DNA of 64,000 nt from Lentimicrobiaceae bacterium (GTDB lineage Bacteria; Bacteroidota; Bacteroidia; Bacteroidales; JAAYJT01). The notes beneath the pieces were generated by a model. That model did not search any database, was not told the origin of the DNA, and worked only from the letters and a program-made list of their open reading frames with translations. Within the stretch, counting starts at the first letter, position 1. The number at the start of each line of letters is the position of its first letter. The stretch is taken from contig JBBIKG010000007.1 of NCBI GenBank assembly GCA_037445555.1, positions 3,597 through 67,596 on the forward strand. The letters run 5' to 3'. The translations under genes were made by a program, and so were the position numbers. Shown here piece by piece: positions 57,360 to 64,000 of this stretch.

Positions 57360-58532
57360 TCACGCCACCCTGAGTCGAAGCAAGCGAGGAACGGTTGCCT
57401 CCGCCGATTCATTATAATCCGTATTCACAAAGAAGCTTCCGGCTTTCGGTCGCATATTGTAATTCAGCATCATAGATTCGGCATAGGCCCCGCACGATAG
57501 TATGGCCAGGCGATCTCCACGGCGGGTTTCGGGCAACGGAACGTCTTCGGCAAATACATCACTCGATTCGCAAATGGGGCCGGCCACGTCATACACCTCA
57601 ACCTGTCCAGGTGAGTCGGAATTTTGAATCCGGTGCCTGGCCTGATACAATGCTGGCCGCATTAACTCTGTCATACCGGCGTCGGTGATGATAAATTTCT
57701 TATTTACTCCCTGTTTAACATACAAAACCTTAGTGATAAGGCGTCCGCATTGACCCACAAGGCTGCGGCCCAACTCAAAATGAACTCTAACCGAAGAGGG
57801 GATTCGAAGATTTGAGGCAAAAACACTGAAAAAATCATAGAACGGAGCCACTGGATTTCTTTCCGGATCTTCGTAATCAATACCCAGCCCGCCACCGAGG
57901 TTGAGAACTTTAAGGTTGTATCGGGCAACGTCAAATTCATGCCAGAGACGATTCACCTGTTCGCAAAGCTTTATGTAAGGTTCAAATGAAGTTATCTGAG
58001 AGCCGATATGGAAGTGAAGCCCAACAAGGTCAATCCATGGCGACCTATGGGCAAGCGAAAGTGCTTTTTCGAGAAAAGGAACAGGAATTCCGAATTTGTT
58101 TTCATACAGGCCGGTGGTAATATAGCGGTGGGTGTGGGCCTCGATACCCGGATTTACCCTCAACGCTACACGTGCCACACGGTTACGGTGCCGGGCTGTA
58201 TCAGCTATCACCTCCAACTCTTCCACTGATTCACAGGTGAGGTAGGCAATGTCCGATTCAAGTGCAAAATCAAGTTCCTGATCGGTTTTGCCTACACCGG
58301 CGAATACAATATCGGTAGTAGCAAACCCCTGTCGAAGTGCTTCGACCACTTCGTTGCCACTGACACAGTCGACACCTATGCCATACTGCCTTACCAGTTG
58401 GGTAAGGACAGGGTTGTTGTTTGCCTTGATTGCATAATGGATTTTATATCCAAAAACATCTGCCGCCTCACGTGCAATCGTGAGTGTCTGGTTCAACTGG
58501 CCAAGATCATACAGGTAATATGGAGTCTTCAT
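57360..58532 (-). CDS. lysA: Diaminopimelate decarboxylase
   Basis: MKTPYYLYD...IHYAIKANNNP (PLP lysine), GLHFHIGSQ, LNLGGGLGI and CESSD, characteristic of group IV decarboxylases. 390 aa. Confidence 0.9.
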   Translation of the reverse strand: MKTPYYLYDLGQLNQTLTIAREAADVFGYKIHYAIKANNNPVLTQLVRQYGIGVDCVSGNEVVEALRQGFATTDIVFAGVGKTDQELDFALESDIAYLTCESVEELEVIADTARHRNRVARVALRVNPGIEAHTHRYITTGLYENKFGIPVPFLEKALSLAHRSPWIDLVGLHFHIGSQITSFEPYIKLCEQVNRLWHEFDVARYNLKVLNLGGGLGIDYEDPERNPVAPFYDFFSVFASNLRIPSSVRVHFELGRSLVGQCGRLITKVLYVKQGVNKKFIITDAGMTELMRPALYQARHRIQNSDSPGQVEVYDVAGPICESSDVFAEDVPLPETRRGDRLAILSCGAYAESMMLNYNMRPKAGSFFVNTDYNESAEATVPRLLRLRVA

Positions 58533-58543
58533 AGAGTTTGGTT

Positions 58544-59890
58544 TTATTGCGAAAGCACTTCCTGATAGGCCGTTGTGACTGCTTTCCGACCAGGCCCAAA
58601 AATTTGCTGCAGCGCATTCAGTACCTGGGATTTCTGCGATTGCTCAATTACAAACGTGATATTATTTGAGCTGGCGCCCAATGAGATCATCCGTACGTTG
58701 AAGGGTTTGATCAACCGCATGATTTCAGCTACATGGCCCGGTTCGAGGACAGCACCCACCACGCACACAATACACCGGTCCTGCTCAATATCCACCCGAC
58801 CGAGCTTTTCGAGCTCCGCTTCCAGCGCCGGTAACTTCGATGTATCTTCGATGGTCATCGAAACAGATACTTCGGAGGTAGTCACCACATCTACCGGTAC
58901 GCGTGCCTGTTCAAAAACGGCAAAGAGCCGGCCAAGAAAGCCATAGGCGTTGAACATGCGCGCAGAGGTGATACGCAAAATGGTGATATTGTCTTTGGCT
59001 GCTATGGCGCTGATGCCCGATCCACTCTTTTGGGCATTGATCAGTGTGCCGGGAGCATCCGGATCAAGCGAGTTTTTAAGCTGTATAGGTATTTGCCGTT
59101 GGCGTGCAGGCAATACGCACGAGGGATGGAGTATTTTGGCTCCGAAATAAGCCAGCTCTGCTGCCTCGGCATATGAAAGCCTGCGTACAGGCCTGGTGTT
59201 TGCCACATGTCGGGGATCGTTGTTGTGCAGGCCGTCGATATCGGTCCATATCTCGATAACCGGAGCATGTATGGCTGCTCCTATAAGCGTGGCGCTATAA
59301 TCGCTTCCGCCGCGTTTGAGGTTGGCGACCTTTCCCTGTGGATTAGCCGCAATGAAACCCTGGGTCACATAAAAATGGTTCTCATGTATCACAGGCCGCA
59401 GGCGCGTTGAAATATCCTCCAGATCGGGTTCACCATCCGAGTTGAGGCGGATAAAATCCAGTGCATGAATAAGTGTGCCCGGGGTACCTGAAAGATTCAG
59501 AAATGCATTGAATATGAAAGAAGTTGAAAGCTCGCCGACAGCCAGCAAGGCATTTTCGGCATCAGGGGAATGCGGATGCCTGAGAAGTTGCTGAGCCTGC
59601 AAAAAATATATATTCACCTCCTCCTGGATACGGAGGGTATCCCAATGATTGACAAACAACTCCTCACAATGCATGAAAAAATTTCGGCTGATATTTTCCA
59701 GAGTCAGGTCTGCCAGCAGAGGATTGCCATTTTTCCATGCTGCGGACACTTCGATCAGGGCGTTGGTCATGCCTGCCATTGCCGAACAAACCACCACCGC
59801 CCCGGAGTATCCTCTGACGATGCCCACTGCAGTCCTGATGCGTGTGGCATTTCCGAGCGATGTGCCTCCAAATTTTAGTACTTTGATCAT
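58544..59890 (-). CDS. lysC: Aspartate kinase
   Basis: MIKVLKFGGTSLGNA (kinase N-terminus), LKRGGSDYSA, ILHP, and C-terminal ACT repeats (...ISLGASSNNITFVIEQ). 448 aa, 11 nt upstream of lysA. Confidence 0.9.
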   Translation of the reverse strand: MIKVLKFGGTSLGNATRIRTAVGIVRGYSGAVVVCSAMAGMTNALIEVSAAWKNGNPLLADLTLENISRNFFMHCEELFVNHWDTLRIQEEVNIYFLQAQQLLRHPHSPDAENALLAVGELSTSFIFNAFLNLSGTPGTLIHALDFIRLNSDGEPDLEDISTRLRPVIHENHFYVTQGFIAANPQGKVANLKRGGSDYSATLIGAAIHAPVIEIWTDIDGLHNNDPRHVANTRPVRRLSYAEAAELAYFGAKILHPSCVLPARQRQIPIQLKNSLDPDAPGTLINAQKSGSGISAIAAKDNITILRITSARMFNAYGFLGRLFAVFEQARVPVDVVTTSEVSVSMTIEDTSKLPALEAELEKLGRVDIEQDRCIVCVVGAVLEPGHVAEIMRLIKPFNVRMISLGASSNNITFVIEQSQKSQVLNALQQIFGPGRKAVTTAYQEVLSQ

Positions 59891-59966
59891 CTATCTGAAT
59901 AATAGGCGGCAAAGGTGGCACACATAAGGCAAGGCAGAAATTTTTCATACGATTTAAACATATTAT

Positions 59967-59974
59967 TAACTTTG
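59967..59974 (+). promoter_or_regulatory. -7 promoter box TAnnTTTG (TAACTTTG)
   Basis: Exact consensus match, 18 nt upstream of the ATG at 59992. Confidence 0.45.
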
Positions 59975-59991
59975 TGTTAGAAATATAACAT

Positions 59992-60666
59992 ATGATCACA
60001 ATTGCACAAGCAGTTGATGAGATTATCAGCCGATCGCCGTTCTTGGAAGAGGCACTGGGTGATGGGTTAATCAATGTCACTTCGCTGGCCCGCCGGCTTC
60101 AGCCCGAGGTAGAGCGACGGCTTCACAAATCCGTCAAACCCGGCGCTATAGTGATGGCAATCAGCCGCAGGCCCTCCAACATGTCGCTGAAGGTGACCAG
60201 GGTGATCAAAGACTTCATGTATGGGCTGGGCGACACCATTGTACGTTCAGACCTCAGCGAATACACCTTTGCCAATTCAGCGACGCTTACCCGGTGCAAC
60301 GGATTACTGATGGAGGAAGCCTCACAGATGAAGGAGGTGTTTTGCACCATTTCGCAAGGTGTTTTCGAAACCACCCTGGTGGTAAGCAATGCCTTGAACG
60401 CGCTCGCACATGATATTTATGCCGGAGAAAAACTTCTGGCACGTAAAGAAAGGCTGAGCAGTGTAACGCTTCGTTTGCCCGTCACCAATACCGAGGTGTC
60501 GGGGGTGTATTATTTTCTGCTAAAAAATCTGGCCTGGGCGGGCATAAATGTGTGCGAAATTATCTCCACCAGCAACGAGGTAACCTTTGTGGTGGACGAA
60601 AAAGATATCAACCGGGCCTTTGGCATCCTGATGTCACTGAAACAGGAGCATGGGGAAGGCGGGTAA
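59992..60666 (+). CDS. Stand-alone ACT-like domain protein, function unknown
   Basis: 224 aa. The C-terminal segment LAWAGINVCEIISTSNEVTFVVDEKDINRAFGILM resembles the ACT-domain pattern of aspartate kinase regulatory regions. It is divergent from lysC. Confidence 0.6.
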   Translation: MITIAQAVDEIISRSPFLEEALGDGLINVTSLARRLQPEVERRLHKSVKPGAIVMAISRRPSNMSLKVTRVIKDFMYGLGDTIVRSDLSEYTFANSATLTRCNGLLMEEASQMKEVFCTISQGVFETTLVVSNALNALAHDIYAGEKLLARKERLSSVTLRLPVTNTEVSGVYYFLLKNLAWAGINVCEIISTSNEVTFVVDEKDINRAFGILMSLKQEHGEGG

Positions 60667-60772
60667 AGTTGAGGAATACTGTTGGCAAGTTCATCTCTCA
60701 CTGCTGGATCAGCTACAAGCCCAAAATTAGTGCATGTAAACAGCTTGCGTATGAGATTGTTAAAATGCTCGC

Positions 60773-61118
60773 TTAGACACTGTATGGAAAACTGCCCTTA
60801 TCGGGTATCCGTGTTTCTTCTTTCGAAAAGTGCAGCAGGTCATTAAGGGCCTTAATATCAGACAGGTTTTTGTCAATGCGGTGAAATCCGCGACGATGAT
60901 CCTTGTCGAATGCAAGTCCAACATTCCTGAAAATGTTCAGGTAGCGGGAGGTGGTTTGTAGAGTCCCCCAAGTGTTCAGCAATTCTGCTGGCGTTGCAAC
61001 CTGTTTTCGACAAAACCATAATCAGTATTTCGGGCACGAGTATGGGTTTTTCTTTATCGGCCTTGATTTGCAGCGAGTTACTCCTGGGCAAAATACATAA
61101 ACAATCGACCGGTGGCAA
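60773..61118 (-). pseudogene. ArsR-like winged-helix transcriptional regulator interrupted by a +1-nt frameshift in a G5 (C5 on +) run
   Basis: Two overlapping minus-strand ORFs (61118..60873 and 60982..60773) each carry half of an HTH. The first ends ...ILIMVLSKTGCNASRIAEHLG and the second reads TLQTTSRYLNIFRNVGLAFDKDHRRGFHRIDKN. Removing one G from the run at 60965-60969 joins them into a roughly 114-aa wHTH protein. Confidence 0.65.
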
Positions 61119-61124
61119 GCAGTT

Positions 61125-61958
61125 CTATACTGACCGTTGAAACCCCGCCAGGTAATCGGCCACATGTTTTTCGAACAACTGTTGCAGATAACTGAGTAAT
61201 GGGTGCTTAGTGGCGAAAGGCTTATCATCAATCCGGTTCACCGGCAACACCCTGCGCGAGGTGCCTGAAATAAACAGGGCGTCAAAATTTCCAATGACGC
61301 TGTGATGCACAGTCTGTTCAATCACAGGGATACCCTGTGTGGCGCAGAGCTGCATGATGTGCAGCCGGGTGATTCCTTCGAGCACCGTATCCAAGGGAGG
61401 GGTGATGAGTGTATTGTTCCGGATAAAAAACACATTCGAGCGGCTGCCCTCGGTGATAAAACCATCGCGATCGACCAGCAGCACTTCATAGACCTCACCG
61501 GTGGCCTTCACCCGATCGGTGGCCGCTCTGAGGCTCACATCCATCACTTTTGCGTTGGGATTATGACGTTCGGCAAAAAAAAGACTCACCGGAACTCCGT
61601 TTTTATACTGTTCCGCTGTGGGATATTGATGCGGGGTGAAGTAAATCAGAGTGCTCATTCTCTGCCTTTCGCCGTGCTGTATTACGATCTTGATGTTTCC
61701 GTCGCCGCCGGGATTGGCATCAATCAGTTGCAGGATATCGTGCAAAAGTTCTTTTTCGGAGTAGGGCAGCGAGACGTGTTCGAGGGCGGCCGTTTTCCAC
61801 AAACGGTTCAGATGATCTTCAATGAACAGTGGTATGCCTTGCTGGGAGCGAAAAACCTCGTAGATATATTTTTCAGGCTTTCCGAAGCAGATTTCAAATG
61901 TGTCGACAGAAGTCAGCTTCCCATCTGCAAGAAAGAAGGTACGTGTGCAGTCGGTCAT
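61125..61958 (-). CDS. Class IV (fold type IV) aminotransferase-family protein, PabC/ADC-lyase-like
   Basis: 277 aa. The layout and segments such as EVFRSQQGIPLFIEDHLNRL, GFITEGSRSNVFFI and TPPLDTVLEGITR fit fold-type IV PLP enzymes. Confidence 0.78.
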   Translation of the reverse strand: MTDCTRTFFLADGKLTSVDTFEICFGKPEKYIYEVFRSQQGIPLFIEDHLNRLWKTAALEHVSLPYSEKELLHDILQLIDANPGGDGNIKIVIQHGERQRMSTLIYFTPHQYPTAEQYKNGVPVSLFFAERHNPNAKVMDVSLRAATDRVKATGEVYEVLLVDRDGFITEGSRSNVFFIRNNTLITPPLDTVLEGITRLHIMQLCATQGIPVIEQTVHHSVIGNFDALFISGTSRRVLPVNRIDDKPFATKHPLLSYLQQLFEKHVADYLAGFQRSV

Positions 61959-61979
61959 TAGGGCAGTATTTGGGGTGAA

Positions 61980-63557
61980 TTACCTGCGTCGGCTTCCGCC
62001 AAAGATTGAGCCAAGGATTCCGCGTACCAGCTGGCGCCCGATTTCGTTGCCTATGGTACGAGTAACCGTTGACGTGGCCTGGCGGGTAAGCTGCCCGAAA
62101 ATATCGCCGCCGGTGCTTCGGCGCTGAGCCTGTTCGGCGCGCTCTTTGGCAGCTTTGGCGCGAGCCAGAGCTGCTTCCTGTCTCAAACGTGCAGCTTCTT
62201 CCTTCGTTCTTGCAGCTTCTTCTTTGGCTCGCTGGGCGGCTTCGGCGTCTGCCTGCTTGCGCGATTGCTCGGCAGCCACACGGCTGTTGAGCAGCTCATA
62301 CGCCGATTCACGGTCAATGGTTTGATCGTACACACCAAATACTGGCGAAGTTTTTACAATCCTGGCGCGATCGGAAGCCTCGATGGGTCCTATCTGCGAG
62401 CAGGGAGGCAGAATAAAAGCACGCTCCACCATGGCAGGGATCCCTTTATGGTCGAGAAAGGATACCAACGCTTCGCCCACTCCGAGTTCGGTGATGGCCG
62501 ACTCTACGTCAAGTTTTGGATTTACGCGGAAGGTGGTAGCCGCTGCCTTTACGGCTTTCTGGTCGCGCGGAGTATAGGCGCGCAGGGCATGCTGCACGCG
62601 GTTGCCTAGCTGGCCAAGCACCATGTCGGGGATATCGAGGGGGTTTTGAGTCACAAAATACACACCCACACCCTTTGATCGTATCAGTCGAACCACCTGC
62701 TCAATTTTTTCGAGCAGTACCCTGGGGGCATCGGAAAACAGGAGGTGGGCCTCGTCAAAGAAGAATACCAGCTTGGGCTTTTCGGGGTCGCCCACCTCGG
62801 GTAGTTCTTCGAACAGCTCGCTGAGCAGCCATAACAGGAAGGTGGAATATACCCTGGGCGACTGCATCAACCGTGTCGATGCCAGAATATTGATCAGCCC
62901 GCGCCCGTCGGCATCGGTCTGCAACAGGTCATTGATGTCGAAGGCAGGCTCGCCGAAGAAATGTGACCCGCCCTGGTCCTGAAGCACAAGCAGATTGCGC
63001 TGGATAGAACCTATGCTTGCCGCCGAAATATTGCCATAGGCCGTGGTGAACTGTGCCCTGTTCTGGCCTACATAATCGAGCAGCGAGCTGAGGTCTTTCA
63101 TATCAAGCAGAAGAAGACCGTTGTCGTCGGCGATGCGAAAAACGATATTCAGCACGCCAGCCTGAGTATCGTTGAGATTAAGCAGTCGCGAAAGCAGCAG
63201 GGGCCCCATTTCAGAAATTGTCGTTCGCAACGGGTGGCCATTTTCGCCAAAGACGTCATAAAACACCACCGGAAAACCCATATTGGTGTATCCGTCGAGC
63301 GAAAGCTTATCGATGCGTTCCTGAATCTTTGGATTAGGTACGCCCGGCTTGCTGATACCCGACACATCCCCTTTAATATCGGTGATAAACACAGGTACTC
63401 CCTGCATGCTAAACGATTCGGCAATCACTTGCAGGGTAATAGTTTTTCCGGTCCCGGTGGCTCCGGTGATCAGGCCATGCCGGTTGGCCATTTTGGGATT
63501 GAGATGAAGCTCAAGGGCCGATTTGGCTATAAGAGTTGGGGCATTTGGGTAAGCCAT
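61980..63557 (-). CDS. HerA-like P-loop ATPase (DUF853/YjgR family)
   Basis: Walker [13 protein letters not shown] and Walker B-like [12 protein letters not shown]. The characteristic Ala/Arg/Glu-rich tail ends ...[14 protein letters not shown] chose the ATG at 63557 ([13 protein letters not shown]); the track TTG is at 63605. Confidence 0.85.
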   Translation of the reverse strand: MAYPNAPTLIAKSALELHLNPKMANRHGLITGATGTGKTITLQVIAESFSMQGVPVFITDIKGDVSGISKPGVPNPKIQERIDKLSLDGYTNMGFPVVFYDVFGENGHPLRTTISEMGPLLLSRLLNLNDTQAGVLNIVFRIADDNGLLLLDMKDLSSLLDYVGQNRAQFTTAYGNISAASIGSIQRNLLVLQDQGGSHFFGEPAFDINDLLQTDADGRGLINILASTRLMQSPRVYSTFLLWLLSELFEELPEVGDPEKPKLVFFFDEAHLLFSDAPRVLLEKIEQVVRLIRSKGVGVYFVTQNPLDIPDMVLGQLGNRVQHALRAYTPRDQKAVKAAATTFRVNPKLDVESAITELGVGEALVSFLDHKGIPAMVERAFILPPCSQIGPIEASDRARIVKTSPVFGVYDQTIDRESAYELLNSRVAAEQSRKQADAEAAQRAKEEAARTKEEAARLRQEAALARAKAAKERAEQAQRRSTGGDIFGQLTRQATSTVTRTIGNEIGRQLVRGILGSIFGGSRRR

Positions 63558-63771
63558 AAGAGGTAATGTTGATTTTCTGACAAAAATAATGGATTTGATC
63601 GTCAAATGCTACCGGAGGCAACTCCTGAAAAAATAGCGGACACCCTGCCTGGCGAAATCCCTGCAAAGGACTAATTTTACATTAGTAAGATGAGGAAGAT
63701 TTCAGAGCCATGCATTTCCTGTTAAGCCTAATACGATGACAGGCTGCCTTCGGCTCATCACAATACAATAC

Positions 63772-64000
63772 ATGAGACGAATTTTATTATCTCTTTGCTT
63801 TATCCTCGCCGCAGCTACTCCGAAGTTTCCTTTGCCTACCGATACCAAGGAGCTTCGCCTGATGACCTACAACATACGTTTTGCCAATCCCGCTGACACA
63901 CCGCATACGTGGGAGGCAAGAAAATCGTTGATAATCAGACAGGTTCTGAATTTTGCGCCGGATATTGCCGGGTTTCAGGAAGCATTGCACATGCAGGTGT
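63772..64000 (+). CDS. Endonuclease/exonuclease/phosphatase (EEP) family protein, N-terminal part; the gene continues past the right edge
   Basis: My translation from the ATG at 63772 reads MRRILLSLCFILAAATPKFPLPTDTKELRLMTYNIRFANPADTPHTWEARKSLIIRQVLNFAPDIAGFQEALHMQV. It has a signal peptide, the EEP opening motif (L-x-x-M-[TS]-Y-N-I-R) and the G-x-Q-E element. Confidence 0.75.
   Translation, partial: MRRILLSLCFILAAATPKFPLPTDTKELRLMTYNIRFANPADTPHTWEARKSLIIRQVLNFAPDIAGFQEALHMQV

Noticed and set aside
59891-59991. Lysine riboswitch (L-box) upstream of lysC
   Set aside because: The lysC leader is at most 100 nt, too short for the roughly 180-nt L-box, and shows no matching helices.
60773-61118. 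Transposase or IS remnant, my first impression from the isolated HTH fragment
   Set aside because: Joining the two frames gives a complete roughly 114-aa ArsR-type wHTH with a wing. There are no DDE/recombinase sequence, no inverted repeats and no target duplications nearby.
61302-61961. 219-aa plus-strand ORF opposite the class IV aminotransferase gene
   Set aside because: The minus-strand frame has the better family-like sequence, abuts neighbouring genes in operon fashion, and starts with ATG. The + ORF has no motifs and would lack a promoter.
1-64000. CRISPR arrays, rRNA operons, prophage or integrative elements, and known defence operons
   Set aside because: Reading all spacers over 80 bp, I found no regularly spaced direct repeats and no rRNA-like sequence. 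I also saw no integrase, transposase, or capsid/terminase-like ORFs, and no abrupt compositional island other than the 590-bp AT-rich spacer.

Overview
This 64-kb window looks like core chromosome from a Bacteroidota bacterium. The taxon call rests on three things: the Bacteroides-type -7 promoter box TAnnTTTG sits 10-70 nt upstream of about 20 genes and both tRNAs, one gene carries a T9SS type-B C-terminal sorting domain, and several lipoproteins look like Bacteroidota-typical DUF families. The window is tightly packed with about 52 coding genes, mostly on the + strand and often overlapping by 1-8 nt. Recognisable housekeeping genes are topA (partial), miaB, rnr, rpiB, dnaG, folB, glnS, asd, ribF, rnhA, gltX, ybeY, mnmG, dut, tatA, tyrS, lysA and lysC. 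There is also a roughly 10-kb envelope/peptidoglycan neighbourhood: flippase, dut, TPR, DUF4292-like, M23 peptidase, TatA, LysM transglycosylase and an MltF-like protein. Two tRNAs are present: tRNA-Cys(GCA) and tRNA-Gln(CTG), the latter directly after glnS. I saw no rRNA, CRISPR array, transposase, integrase, phage genes or recognisable defence operon, and I could not identify a self-contained novel system. The best leads are: (1) a CACGTG-centred palindrome present twice, at the same distance upstream of the start codons of mnmG and of the next gene; (2) a 590-bp very AT-rich divergent spacer with four same-orientation TTGTTAAT copies and an inverted repeat; (3) a winged-helix regulator gene broken by a 1-nt homopolymer frameshift, at the end of an operon encoding a HerA-like ATPase and a class IV aminotransferase; (4) three large poorly characterised proteins: a 1115-aa membrane-anchored coiled-coil protein, a 1228-aa orphan histidine kinase, and an 877-aa T9SS cargo with two lamin-tail-like motifs. 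All product calls come from reading motifs in the supplied translations. No database search was possible.
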